Positions 27,821-41,081 of a DNA stretch of 64,000 nucleotides are shown here, piece by piece. The notes under the pieces were generated by a model, which did not search any database, was not told where the DNA came from, and saw only the letters and a program-made list of their open reading frames with translations. Each line of letters starts with the position of its first letter. The stretch's first letter is position 1. The stretch lies in NCBI GenBank assembly GCA_053919585.1, contig CM132788.1; one strand, 5' to 3'. This DNA comes from Euprymna scolopes (Eukaryota). A program made the position numbers and the translations under genes.

Positions 27821-28130
27821 CGTAGGGAATGGTCACTGCTTCAGACAGACGAATTGATAACACAAGATGGATTCTAAGCTTCAATTCTTTTTATTAAAAA
27901 CCAAGCCTGGCACCCATGGTCGTCGGAGACCTAAGATTTCCCGTCTATCTTTTCTACTGCCCAAGACCAACTCTCTCCTGTGGTCGTCAACCGGAAGCCT
28001 CAACCAAAATTCCGTGTCACCCCTAATTTCCGGTACACGTAACCCTTTATTTCCGGTGCATCTAACCTAAGTCATTAAAGGTGACTGAGTTTGACGGATG
28101 TCAAAGCTAACCTTCTCTGACCCTGCTAAA
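27821..28130 (-). mobile_element. Possible solo LTR
   Basis: GC-richer block with weak inverted termini (GTAGGGAATGGTCA / TGACCCTGCTA) and a minus-strand AATAAA. Confidence 0.3.
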
Positions 28131-29359
28131 TAGATGATGGCAAACCAAAAATACTTATATAAGTGCTATTTCTTAAAACTACCTAGCATTTNNNNNNNNN
28201 NNNNNNNNNNNNNNNNNNNNNNNNNNNNNNNNNNNNNNNNNNNNNNNNNNNNNNNNNNNNNNNNNNNNNNNNNNNNNNNNNNNNNNNNNNNNNNNNNNNN
28301 NNNNNNNNNNNNNNNNNNNNNNNNNNNNNNNNNNNNNNNAATTAGATAGANNNNNNNNNNNNNNNNNNNNNNNNNNNNNNNNNNNNNNNNNNNNNNNNNN
28401 NNNNNNNNNNNNNNNNNNNNNNNNNNNNNNNNNNNNNNNNNNNNNNNNNNNNNNNNNNNNNNNNNNNNNNNNNNNNNNNNNNNNNNNNNNNNNNNNNNNN
28501 NNNNNNNNNNNNNNNNNNNNNNNNAGGAAATCCAGTGAATGTTGGTCTGACAAAAGTCTGACAAAATATTATTGGCTGTAAAGACAATCCCAGATAAATA
28601 AACACATCCTAATCTACAATAAAGCGCAAATAAATAATAATATAGAAATATAAACTTTATGATGTGTAATTTTTACATTTCAAATCAAGAATTATTATAT
28701 GCAAGAAAAAGAACGCATTTCAATAAGTATAGTTCCTTAAGCTTTAGGTGTTCAATGTGTACACATTTTCTCAGAGTAGAAAATATTAGCAAATATTATA
28801 ACGGTTCATACCTAATTTCCCTCATACAATAAACATAGAAACTCATAATAAAAAGTTTTCTAAAGGTTTTTAATCATAGAGAATGGGAAATCATATGTAG
28901 GTTCAAAATGAAAAGTATATTGATTTTCATATCCTAATTGTATGGTAAATTCCGAAGTTAACGTCTTTAGTAGTCGTATCCGCTCCGTATTTTGAATCTT
29001 TTACGGCACACGGTAACAATCCGAAGTTTTCATAATTCCTTGGTTCTTTCCTTTGTTTAGATGATGCTTCTGTTAAATGTATTATTATATAAGTCCAGTG
29101 AAGGGTTTAAACACATATTCTTTATATATTTATTTTATATTTTTTTTTATAATATACAATTTTCAAAGTCTAGTCTCAATTAATTTCTATTTGTGAATAA
29201 AAAGAGTTTCTGGAGACGGACAACGCAAAATGAAATGAAATAAATAAATGAAAAGAAAGGAATTGCTCATGCATTGTACTTTTAAATAAGCCGAAGTGAA
29301 AATGTATCCAATTGAAATCATATTCTTAAATTTAAGCGGGTTGTGGTGGGGGATTCAAG

Positions 29360-29645
29360 TATAAGAGCTAAAGAAAAGAAAAAGGAAACGAATAAGGAAA
29401 AAGAAAAAACGAAAAAGAAGAAACGAGAAAGAACAGGGAAAGACAGAAAAAGAGATAATAAGGAGATAAAGAAGTACAGACGGGGGAAGGAAGAAAAAGA
29501 AAAGGGAAAAAGAGATTTAGCTACGAAATATTTAACCGCCTGGACAGATATGTTGACGGGTTCGAAATACAGGTCAAGGAACCTAGACAGAAGCATATGC
29601 AGAAGAAAAAAAACGAAAAGAGAAGAACAGGAAACCAGTATGTCA
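29360..29645. repeat. Purine-rich (A/G) low-complexity tract; a similar tract lies at 33355-33650
   Basis: Base composition; it produces the spurious K/E/R-rich and F/S/L-rich ORFs. Confidence 0.75.
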
Positions 29646-29678
29646 TAAAGGAATTCCCCGCTAAAATATTATTAAACC

Positions 29679-29764
<86 letters not shown>

Positions 29765-29789
29765 GAACTAAGTCGGTCGGAGGAAGGAC

Positions 29790-30285
29790 AAAAAGTTTTA
29801 CTCTATGTGCACAGTTTAAACGTTGCAAGATGTTGAAGGTTCAGTTTTGACATGCGTCATTATTAGTGCCAATTGTCCAAGGCTATAATTCGCTTGAAAG
29901 GTCGTTTTTGTTCCAACAAATGCATTAATATCATTACTGGGCATTTTATACACTAGTTTAGCCAGAATTAAGATGATAGTTTTATATTCATGCAGGATAA
30001 TACTAACATTCACACAGCTGGAAATGTCAAGTTGTTCCTTGAAGAGCATGATATTCCGTATTTTGATTGGCCTGCGAAATCTCCAGATTTTTCAGTCCTA
30101 TCGAAAACATATAATATCAAGCATCAGCTACGCAATAATAAAATCTAAAATCTGAAAAATTTAGGACAAAAATTAAAGGGAAGTGGGATGCCATTCTACT
30201 GGAGTACTGCCAAAGACTAATTCCAGAGAATGCCCAACATTTGCAGACTGTCTAATTGCAAAAGGGGCATGCTACTAAATAATTA
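29790..30285 (+). mobile_element. Tc1 DD34E transposase C-terminal fragment
   Basis: FIFMQDNTNIHTAGNVKLFLEEHDIPYFDWPAKSPD(F)SPIEN has 34 residues between D and E after one frameshift; terminal KG..ATK remnant. Confidence 0.85.
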
Positions 30286-30987
30286 ATAGTTCATGGTTTT
30301 CCTGTTGTATCCTTGTTCATTATTGTTCTAAATCTTCATTTAAATAACTATTTTCCACTGTACGGGGTTCTTATTTGCCTTCTCGATTTGAATTTCCTTT
30401 TGTTTAAAATTGACGTGAACACTAGGATGTTCAATTAAAAGTCTAATATAAACAAAGAAAATTATAGAGGAATAAACGCAAATCAAATATATTATACTTC
30501 TTTAACCAGTTGCATTCAATTATCTTTAATATTTCTTAAGAATGCGAANNNNNNNNNNNNNNNNNNNNNNNNNNNNNNNNNNNNNNNNNNNNNNNNNNNN
30601 NNNNNNNNNNNNNNNNNNNNNNNNNNNNNNNNNNNNNNNNNNNNNNNNNNNNNNNNNNNNNNNNNNNNNNNNNNNNNNNNNNNNNNNNNNNNNNNNAAGG
30701 TAGGTCGTTTTTTTCACTTTCCCCAGAATATTAGAAAATTGCACCAACCCGAAGTTGCTGCTGGACTTATTAAGTACTTATGTAAAATATAGATTAAATG
30801 CTTCAGTGTGTTTTTTAGCGTTTTGTATATATAGACAAAAATATACTGAAAATTCTACGTTTATGTGCGCTTTGTCTAGAATATTCGTGTGAATACAAAA
30901 AAAAAAAAAAAAAAACACACACACCAGTATTTCAAATAAGGGGATGTCTTTTTATTTTTTTTATTTATAGTTATGTCTCGGAAGTAG

Positions 30988-31455
30988 AGTGAAAAACACA
31001 TCTTATTTTTCTTTTATTAATATTTTTTTTTTCCTTGTACACATTTTTGTGAATTATTCCATGGATTTCTGCCTTTGGATTATTATGGACCATCTTCTTC
31101 CAATTACGGGATTTCTTTGGATTTTACGTGTACAAATGGAAATTCTTTTAACTTTCTTGAAGTTTTACATTTGGATTTTACCGTCACTGGATTTTTTTAT
31201 CTTCCACCAGACTATCCATTAATGTGTAATCACCTTTTTCTTTACCATATTCCCTCTGCTTAACTTATTTTGTTTTCAAGTAAGATCTTTGACTTATTTG
31301 TTGTTTCATCAAATACTTCTGCATGCAAAATCCGATCCTACATTTTGGTAATTCCTACTCTCTGATGAGAAGGAGAGTATTTCTTCGAAACTCCACGGAT
31401 TAAGGACTATCCATTTATCTAGTGTTTCCTTTTCAAATTAAATATGTTTTTAACT
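30988..31455. mobile_element. Fold-back element with inverted hammerhead-bearing arms (family A, copy 2)
   Basis: Left arm ATTCCATGGATTTC (~31056); right arm CTGATGA..GAAACTCCACGGATTAAGGA; outer arms weakly complementary. Confidence 0.55.
31352..31408 (+). ncRNA. Type I hammerhead ribozyme motif (intact core, imperfect stems I/III)
   Basis: CTGATGA 31362; stem II GAAGGA/gagtat/TTCTTC; GAAA 31387; TCC/GGA stem III; TTA triplet. Confidence 0.6.
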
Positions 31456-32789
31456 CATTTCAAAGTGTTTTAACATATTTCTATTAACTATTTGCCCATA
31501 TTATAAGCTCTATTTCCTATTTGGTATTATCGAGCTTTTATATCTGGCTGAGATAAGTTTATAAATATTAATTCTTTAATATTTATAATTTACTTTAATT
31601 TTTCCATCTTGGATCATTTTGGNNNNNNNNNNNNNNNNNNNNNNNNNNNNNNNNNNNNNNNNNNNNNNNNNNNNNNNNNNNNNNNNNNNNNNNNNNNNNN
31701 NNNNNNNNNNNNNNNNNNNNNNNNNNNNNNNNNNNNNNNNNNNNNNNNNNNNNNNNNNNNNNNNNNNGCCATGTAATTTCTACTGAACAAATGATTATAA
31801 TTCTCTAACAAGTACATTTGTGTACGGCAAAGTACACATCAGATTTGGAACGATTAAGTACATATCAGGTCTATCTAACAAGAGTGTTTTTTTAATGTAG
31901 AATTATATTCTTGCAAAAGAAAAACGTCGGTTGGCAATGTTATTCTTGATATTTTTGCCATATAATGATTTGTTTCCGCGCGGTTTTCATGAGCGACATT
32001 ATATTGAGAGTAAGATTTCCCAACGGAAAGTATCGTTGTACAACGTCCAAAAAATACCTTACATAGACAGATGCAATCGAGCAGAAAGATGAGATGATGT
32101 CCATCACAAATTGTGGAAATAATTCGCCAAGTGAAGGATAAAACAACTTGGTAAAAAGATTATAATGCACCCAAAATAAATTAAGGTTATTACTTCAGTT
32201 AGCTGATACTCTTATTTCAAAGCTCACTTATCTTACTCTGATATATACTTTTTAATCGCAGCGGCTCATTATTTCGTAACTTTCTATGTAATAATGAACA
32301 AAATACAACATAAATATATGTGAGCCAAATCACGTGGTTTATACAGAATGTAGTTAACTAATTTGAGTTGAAGGATTAATATTAACTATAATGAAACCTT
32401 TTGTCATAATTAACATATGCATTAAATGTAAGAATTAAGTATGTTTTCTATTAAGGTAAATAGCACAACTGGAGAAATGAAAGAAAAAGTATAAAAATAG
32501 TCGATGTGTGTGTTTATTTATACTGATTTCAAGTAATATCTGCATTATATGAGAGAGTGGCAATATTGTAACATTATCTTGGATGGATTATATTGTTCTT
32601 TTACACGTTTATGAGCATATCTAGCAGTGTAGTTGTCACTATTTTCTTAGTTTTGCAAACTTTCGAAAAGCAACGCATTTGCCTGTTTACAAATCAAATG
32701 TGTTTCTTTTATATGGTGTAAGAACATACATCAATATCCGGCAATTAATAAAATAATAACATGTGTTTATGAAGTACTTTGCAGTTAAT

Positions 32790-33325
32790 GCGATTGTTGA
32801 GAGTAAGGGCTCATGGACATGACCACATGGGCATGGACATTTTTTACGCCATTAAACTAATGTTATTCTTACCTTGTTTTTGTAGAATCCAAATGAATGC
32901 AGAAGTACATATAATCCTTGCCGGACCATGGAGTTTGAGGAAGTAACAACCGCAAAAAGCAAGAGTGCGATTTGCGTCTTTTCTCACTTCGCGAAACTGG
33001 CATTAGATTTTTCGGAGTCCTACCTAAGGACACGTTCACGTATCTAATACATACTGAAATGCATGCTTATGTACAGTGATTTGTCAGAGGCGTTTGCTGC
33101 CCTTAATAAAGTTGGCGAAACAGTTTTACATTTATTGATATACGAAATTTTCCCAAGACTCGAAGCACTAATACATGTTATAACAGATAACGGACCAGTA
33201 AACCTAAAAAATCTAATGAAAAAGGCATATTATGACTTTAACATGCATCACGTAACCGCGTAGTTTTATCACACTCAAAGCAATGGTAAAGTCGAATAGT
33301 GTCATAGAAAGATGCATGATGTTTA
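32790..33325 (+). mobile_element. Ty3/Gypsy integrase fragment (pseudogene)
   Basis: HDHMGMD (zinc-binding region), FAKLALDFS, SEAFA, EIFPRL..VITDNG, HVTA*FYHTQSNGKVE*CHR (rve core). Confidence 0.85.
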
Positions 33326-33718
33326 AGTAAGAAATGATCTTAAACTTGCCGAAGGATGACGAAAAAAGGAAAGAGAGAAGAAATAAATCAACAAAATGGA
33401 CAGATCGTGAAAACAGAAACAGAGGAAAGTAAAAAAAAGAAACTAATCAATAAATAAAAAGAAAGAGTAACGATGTTAAATTTGCCGGAAAAAGAGGAAA
33501 CACGGAAAGAGAGAATAAATAAATTTGAGAAATGTGAAGATCGGGAAAACGAAAAACCGAGAAAAGACATGATACCCCCCTAAAAAATTACAATAAAAAC
33601 AAACTAAAAGAAACGCCGTTATAGTTGCCGAAGAACGGGAAATAAAACAGAATTGAAGTATTATCATTTTTATTTTAATGAACGAAAATGTATACACTTT
33701 TTGTGTAAATTTTGTTTT

Positions 33719-33800
33719 TATTTTTAACCAACGTAAAAGTAAGAGTGGTGCGTTGATTTATTTATTTTTAACCGACGTAAAAATAAGAGTGGTGCGTTTC
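33719..33800. repeat. Tandem duplication, ~45 bp x2
   Basis: TTTTAACC(A/G)ACGTAAAA(G/A)TAAGAGTGGTGCGTT occurs twice. Confidence 0.9.
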
Positions 33801-34851
33801 ACCTAAACTGCAGTCCAGATTTTATGAAAACCTAACCCGGTGTTTGTCCGTAATTGTCTCCTACAAAGGAACATAGACGGCGTAAATGGGTGACGGTGGA
33901 AGTGTGAATTTATTAGAGAGAGAAGACTTTACTACTTTCATTGATCGTAGCCGGTTTTGGCAGTGAACTCTCACCAGATAAAATATAGGAAGCTCCGATA
34001 AGCGATGTAGTGGATAGGAAATATGCCTATAACACACCTCAGATATCGTGATGCAGTTTGTGCACAGTACACTTGCGTAAAATGTTTAGAATATCAATCC
34101 TATTAAGGTCAAACTAGTAGGGGAAAAATGAGTTCATTGTATTTATATAGATAGAAGAAGAGATAAAGCCTACCAAACTAGACGTAAATATGAACGGTGG
34201 AATTCCGTCTATATAGGTATATGAAACAAATAATCTGTCTTTTATAGCAGTTTGGATCGGTTTACAGGCTCTGTAACAAAGGCGGATGTTGAACACCTCC
34301 AGACAGCATCTATCGTTAAGGAGTGCTCCCCACCACAGAGAGACCGTTAAAGAAAAACTTCATTGGATTCTTCAAGGGCATCTATTAATTTGGACAGCTA
34401 ATCAGTCACGCATTTACTCGGATAAGGGATCTGATATACCGTTAGAGAAACGAAGGTTTGTGGTGCATTGTATATCAGTAAATAGTTTATAACAACTCTT
34501 CCCCTATTTGCATCACTAGCGGTTCACTTAATATTAATATAATCTAAAAAGAGATTAATAAGATTACATCAAGACAGTGAGAGTTGAAGGGGGCAGGGTG
34601 AGAGAGAGAGTTGTTAAAGATTGGTAAGGACTATATTCTGTTTTTAGTCAAGTTACGAAACACTGTGTTTAAAATAAAAGAACATTCTATTCTTTCGCCG
34701 GTGCTAAATATAGAACTGCTTCCTGTTTTAACTGAGTGTGTGGAATAGTAGGGAGTTAATTATTAATGAAATTAACAAAACAGGAGCTTGCATGGTGCTG
34801 TCAGCTGTTATTTACTCGATGACATTTTTTTAGATTGAAAAGTAGTTACCA

Positions 34852-34925
34852 TTTTTGTTTTACAAAAGGTGCCCCCACTTATCAAGTCCCGAAGGCCACT
34901 CGATAATAATGGTTAATGAGTGTAA
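34852..34925 (-). mobile_element. Extremely 5'-truncated CR1-like LINE tail
   Basis: Minus strand GTGGCCTTCGGGACTTGATAAGTGG..TGTAAAACAAAAA matches the 3' end of the 54490-55712 LINE. Confidence 0.7.
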
Positions 34926-35042
34926 GGTAGTCAATCGAACAATATCTTAGTAATCGTTAGTAATTAAAATGTAATAAATTGGATTACTTAAGAAGACGTT
35001 TCGGTTTCGTCGAGAAGTTGTTTACGTTGGTGTTGAAGAATA

Positions 35043-35092
<50 letters not shown>

Positions 35093-35743
35093 GGGGCGTT
35101 TGTGGGTGTGTGTTCGTGCGTGCGTGGATGGCTGTGTATAAAGCACACAGCACATAGATTTATATAAACATATTTACACATTGTCTGTTAAAATAATGTT
35201 ATAAAACACCTGAAAAAATGGAAGAACATGAGAACATTGTATGGAATATATATTCATACATCAGTGTAAAGAATGAACGGCACCACGACTTATTACATGT
35301 GATTGCAAGATGATGACTCTATTCACATTTAAATTTTCGAAAACAATTTGCCGATTATAGCAAAACTATTTTTAGACATCGGAATACAAAACGAGAAGAT
35401 CGGCTGTTTGTTAGATCGTTCGGGAATTACTGGGAAGTTGAACAGAAATTTGTGAGATTGCCTGTGGCAGTCTTAGGATAGACAAAGATATAATTATAGA
35501 GTTGAAACAAAAGAGAATGGAAAGGGTATGGCGAAAACTTTATATGGTCTGAGAAATAGTTTTCGAGTGGAGAAATGTATTTAACATTATGGTAGACGAA
35601 CAAGGTTAGCGGATCGCATCTTTAAATTGGTGCATATCTGGCACTGATACATAAGTTCTTAATACATACGCGTTAGGAAATTGCCAGTCTTATTCTATGG
35701 GCAAAATGTTAGTATACTATGTATGTCTATAACGTATTGAAAG

Positions 35744-35789
<46 letters not shown>

Positions 35790-35801
<12 letters not shown>

Positions 35802-36547
35802 CTGATTTGTGTGTGTGTTAGTCTGGTCACGAATAGGCTCCTATATTGTTAACTATTAAAAAAAACTGATTACATATAATAATAGACGATGTATCGAGAC
35901 ACATGAATGGGTAGGTATGATCTGGCAGAACGGGGGTGGATTAAAACTGTGGGGTCTGCCTTCGCGCCTGGTCCACAAAGTATGGAAATAAAAAAATTAA
36001 AAATAAAACAAAACGTTTACAAGTGTTTTTGATATAGATGTGCATAAGAATAGTTTGATAAGTATGATTTAAGTTTAATAGGGATGGTATTATAAAATTG
36101 TGGGATCTGCTTTCGCGCCTGGCCTCTATAGAATTGGAATAGGCACAAACTTTAATAAAGACTTTTCATATCTATCTGCGTATGTATACTTTGATAATTA
36201 TGTTTCAATTTGAAGAAATATAGTATAATAAAATCATGGGGTGTTCGTTCGCGCCTGACCTCCATAGAATGGAAATATGTCACAAAGTTTAACAAGGTTT
36301 TTTTTAATATAGACCCACATAATATTGTGATAAGTGTTTCACTGTGAAGCGGTATAGTATAATAAATTATGGGGTGTGTCTATTTTATTTTTACTTTCAT
36401 CATATTTTGCTTTGGTTTTGATGCCCCGAAATTTGAAGCTATCTCTTTGCAACCCTTCCTTTTCATAACGTATCATACTTTCATATATCAGAGTCCATTT
36501 TCTGTAGTCTGTTTTTGAACCCAGTAAACGACGGGTACTTTTTCTAG
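35790..36547 (+). mobile_element. Non-autonomous Helitron-like element with internal ~130-150 bp tandem repeats
   Basis: 5' end TATATAAAGCTGATTTGTGTGTG; 3' end CCCAGTAAACGACGGGTACTTTTTCTAG|T. ATAAAA(T/C)TGTGGG..TTCGCGCCTG recurs at ~35942, 36092, 36228 and, partially, 36361. Confidence 0.6.
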
Positions 36548-36551
36548 TATA

Positions 36552-36594
<43 letters not shown>

Positions 36595-36596
<2 letters not shown>

Positions 36597-36869
36597 CTAT
36601 ATATATATACTTCATTTACTAAAATAAAATTAATATACGAAAGTATAAATTTATGCGTAAACTTCAAGTATTTACTTCAAAAGTGCTAAATACGTAGATA
36701 AAGCTAGTTAGTAAGTTATAAAATATAAATGGCGATTAAGCTACACTGAATATTCCGCAGTCCATCCACTCTAGGACTCTTCAGTCTTATACGCATAAGC
36801 CTGAAGAGTCCTAGAGTGGATGAAACGCGGAATATTCAGTGTAGCTTAATCGCTATATATTTTATAACT

Positions 36870-36874
<5 letters not shown>
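36595..36874. mobile_element. ORF-less fold-back element (family B) in (TA)n, with a 166-bp palindrome at 36709-36874
   Basis: Near-perfect ~80-bp inverted arms centred at ~36792; flanked by TA runs; homologue at 39739-39925. Confidence 0.8.
36796..36848 (+). ncRNA. Type I hammerhead ribozyme, complete secondary structure
   Basis: Stem I TAAGC(36796)/GCTTA(36844); core CTGAAGA 36801; stem II GTCC/tagagt/GGAT; GAAA 36822; stem III ACGC.GAA/TTC.GTGT; GTA cleavage triplet 36841-36843. Confidence 0.8.
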
Positions 36875-36915
<41 letters not shown>

Positions 36916-37299
36916 CATTAAATGAAGATATAACGTTAAATGAAGAAAATTATAATATATACATAACTTTTCATAATATCAGAACATTAATTTAAAAAAA
37001 AAAACATGAGAAAAATATATTAAGGTCACAACCTTTCTAAACTAAAATCTCCTCATCAGAAGAGAATAAAGACCAGCATTATAAACACTGAGAATATGGA
37101 TAGAACGGGATAATTTTATTTAGATCAGAAATAATAACGGCATGAGATATGACAATATATTTAACATAAGGATAAAATATAAGAGTAAATAGATTTTAAA
37201 AATAAAAATATATAACTGGAAGGAAGAAGTTTCATACACGTACCCGGTCGAAACTGAATAAATACTTGTTTTCTTATTGTTTTATTTAAACATTTTTCG

Positions 37300-37850
37300 A
37301 ACATTTACAAGTCTTTAATCATAATTATTAAAAACGTATCTGTGCAACTTTCTTTGCTTTTAGATTGTTTTATTTATATATCTGCTCCCATATACCTACT
37401 TTCCGTTCCTTCTCAATTCTTACTTTCTTCAAGTTATTCTCTCTTTTTTAATATATTTTCCTTATTTCCTCTTGTCTAAGCTCTTCTTTACTGGCCATCA
37501 TAGTTGCTCTTTTTACTCACCTATATAATAACCTTCCGATTTTTTATTCTCTTGTCACTTCTTCCTTTTCAGCATACTTTAATCCTTTCGTTAAGTTATA
37601 TTGTTGGTATTTATTAAATATTGTCTATTATTCGAATGTATTTCCTTTGATATATTATACCTACATTAATATGTTTTAATTATCTTATTACTTTATTCAA
37701 ATTCGTAATCTTAGCGTTACTTACACAGTTTTTTATTGACATTTACATTTTGTATGATTCTATCTCATTTCTTCTTCTGATACGCTTCAGAGTTTCATAT
37801 ACTACAAATGTCTATTTGCTCTTCATCGCTTTTTGTTTTCTTTATTATAC
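37300..37850 (-). mobile_element. Very decayed LINE RT C-terminal remnant (RTE-like)
   Basis: Only a VTRE*KI..YI motif reminiscent of the RTE VTRxDKIRNExIR motif. Confidence 0.25.
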
Positions 37851-38071
37851 TGATGATAAAATAAAGTTATATATAACTTTATTATACGGATGATATAATA
37901 AAGTTATAACTATAATTGTTCATCATTTCTCTATAGTCCCGTGTAGCCGAATGTGTACCCCTTCTTTTTTTCTATATCGAAATATTTTGTTTTCTTAAAG
38001 ATATAGTCTTTGTGAACCTTAATTTTGTATACACACATATATATGTATGCGTTTTTTTCTGTATGTACACA

Positions 38072-38115
<44 letters not shown>

Positions 38116-39689
38116 AATAAGAAGGGGTCACCGACAATGTGTATTTTTTAGCATTAATTTATTATTCCGTGTTTTAGTTTTTCATTGAAAATTATGTGTA
38201 GATCATTGTAATAATGTTTTTAAATCATTGAAATCGTTTTTAACGCGTTTCAGATGTTCTGTGAAGCGTTCTATTTCTCTCGTTAGAATTTATTAACCCA
38301 TTGCATATATATATATATATATATTTGTACATATATATACATATACACACACACATATATATATATGCAAAGTAATAAATAGAAAACGCAGCTATGTACA
38401 AAATCATAAACAATATAATAAACACTTAACAATAAAAATAATATTGAACACTGCCACAAAGATAAACTTACAAAAAGATTTTTTAATTCTCATGTTTGAA
38501 GTGATTTACAGTAAAACTTTACTGCTAATGTACTAACAACTTAACTTATAAGTTAATAGATTATAGTACTGCTTCTAGATTTGGAATATTACCTGCATTT
38601 TAGTAAATAACCCTCGCTTTGGTTTTTCCGGCAACATTCACCAATATCTAACAACCTTCAAAAACGTCATACTCGGTATCCTCTCATTCTGATGCGTTTA
38701 TTTCACAAACACATGTACCGCAATACCGAAATTGCATTGAGACTGTGACATGCGACAAAAAATTCCTAATAAAAATATGATTTTAATATTGTTCTGCAAA
38801 ATCTATCACATCATGATAACGTTATTTGAGGTAGTTGCATACACTTCTTACTAGATTTACATTCATTGCCATATTGTTGTCTTTATTCCAGGGTACCAGA
38901 TTAAATATATTGTTTACATTATACGAAAGTTAGACAAGCATTATCAACATCTAATAGAGGCAATTATATTTAAAAACAAAAACGTCTAAACACATCCCAT
39001 CTATTGTAATTACAGGTAAGATATGTTGGCATGTGTAATATACAAAGCTGAAATAACTGATAGGTATGCAGTACAGCTTGTCAATTCTGAAGAAAACCTG
39101 GTCTTACAAGTACATCAATTTAACACTCCGAGATGTATTAATAAATGCGATTATTTTATAGTTGCCTCATGCGAATCTATCAAGATGAAAATACTTGAGA
39201 ATAAAATGAAATAAGAATCTTTTAAGATAGATATAAGTTTCTTTACACACATTAGACCTGCCCATCTCCCACATCCTTTGCTTTCCTACTACTCTAATTC
39301 GAGATACACAAAGCCAATTCACAAGGGGTGTCTATAACTTAGTGTCAAATATAGCTAAAGCCAAATAAAGTAGATTGCTATAAAGTTTAAATCAAATGGA
39401 AATGCATTTCTTACTCTAAATTTCATATCAATACTTTATTGTATATACGTATCGCAGCTATACATGTTTGGTTAATGCATGATTATATTTCCAGACTTAC
39501 TCATGTGGATAATTTGAATAAAACGTTTGATAAGCACAATTGTTTGGATTATTTGATGCAGGATTTACATCCAATGATTTACGATAAAACTAATCCTTAG
39601 AAAAGCAGTTAATCTAGTTTTTATTTAATAAAAATTCGGAAATTAGAAAGTTAAATCCTTTTAATAAAGAAATATACACAGGCGCACAC

Positions 39690-39738
<49 letters not shown>

Positions 39739-39920
39739 TTAAGTTATGAAAATATATATGGTAATTAAGACGAAATATTCTCTGTAGCTTAATTGCCATA
39801 TATATTTTATAACTTAATACCTATCTTAACATATGCATCGAGAACTGTTGAAGTAAATACTGAAAAATTAAGAATAAAATCATGTCTTTGGATATTAATT
39901 TTTGTGACTAAGTAAAATGG

Positions 39921-39925
<5 letters not shown>
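39739..39925. mobile_element. Second family-B fold-back element with the hammerhead core deleted
   Basis: 39818-39925 is the inverted homologue of 36595-36708. The residual palindrome at 39739-39817 keeps AATATTCTCTGTAGCTTA but has no CTGAnGA. Confidence 0.75.
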
Positions 39926-39957
<32 letters not shown>

Positions 39958-41001
39958 CAACTAAAGGTTACATATAGCAAAAACATTTATACCCTTTCTT
40001 AATAAAAAAAAAACTATTGCTAAATCTTTATATACATCTGAATGGACAAAATGGAGGCATACGAATTCAAAAGTAGAAAGAGCTGTAAAGACGGGATTTG
40101 TCCAATTAAAACCCTACTATTCTCAATAAGTGTTCGCCAGAAATGCGATTACGCACCTCTGCGTTCGATAAACGTACGTAAAAAAACTTCTTTTAATGTC
40201 GCATTCTCAATATCTGAAAAAAGTATGGAAAATAGTTGGGTTATGACCGATTCAGTTCAGTCATCACAACAATGCAATATGAGATCACATGGTATCTAAT
40301 CGGATTGACGAAAACACAGGAGACATTGCTTTCAGAACTCTCCTCGTATAACAAATGACGTATGTCTATATATTTTATTTTGACCATTTCCGAAGTGTCA
40401 AGTAAAAACTGGCCAACAAATGTCTCTGACATGTTTCGTACAATGGAATGTTCTGTTTCTTTCGCGTCCATCTTTCATGTCTACCTTTCTGATATTGCAC
40501 TGCGGGGTACAACATGTATGTTTCTTTATAACAATATAACTAATATATTAGCTTGTTTCAGTCTGAAATGCGAAAATGACATGAATCTCAAACAGATCAA
40601 ACAAAATAAAGACAGGCAGAAATCTCATATAATTTGTTTTTTCAAGAATAAGAAAAATATACAGAGTATTATTTTTGTTACTATCGTCAAGCCAGAATTG
40701 TATCAAATGAGTAACAGACAAATTACCTGCAAATAAGTATATAGCTGCTGAAATGATACAGTCATGCAAATAAATTAAAACCATTTTCGTTATAGCCTCC
40801 TAAACGCTCAAGAATAGTTGACTATTGAAAATAAATAATCAAGCGAGTTTTCCGAACTAGTTATCGAAATAAATCAAGATAAATATAGTTATCATTAGGC
40901 ATTAGAATCATGAGAGATAGCGAGAGCAGCAGAAAGTGCTAAATTATTCATGAAATAAACAGATGATGAACAAAATTATAAGCTAAGCGTGGTCACCCCC
41001 C

Positions 41002-41069
<68 letters not shown>

Positions 41070-41081
<12 letters not shown>

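Noticed and set aside
29318-29648. K/E/R-rich and F/S/L-rich ORFs
   Set aside because: Translation of a purine-rich low-complexity tract.
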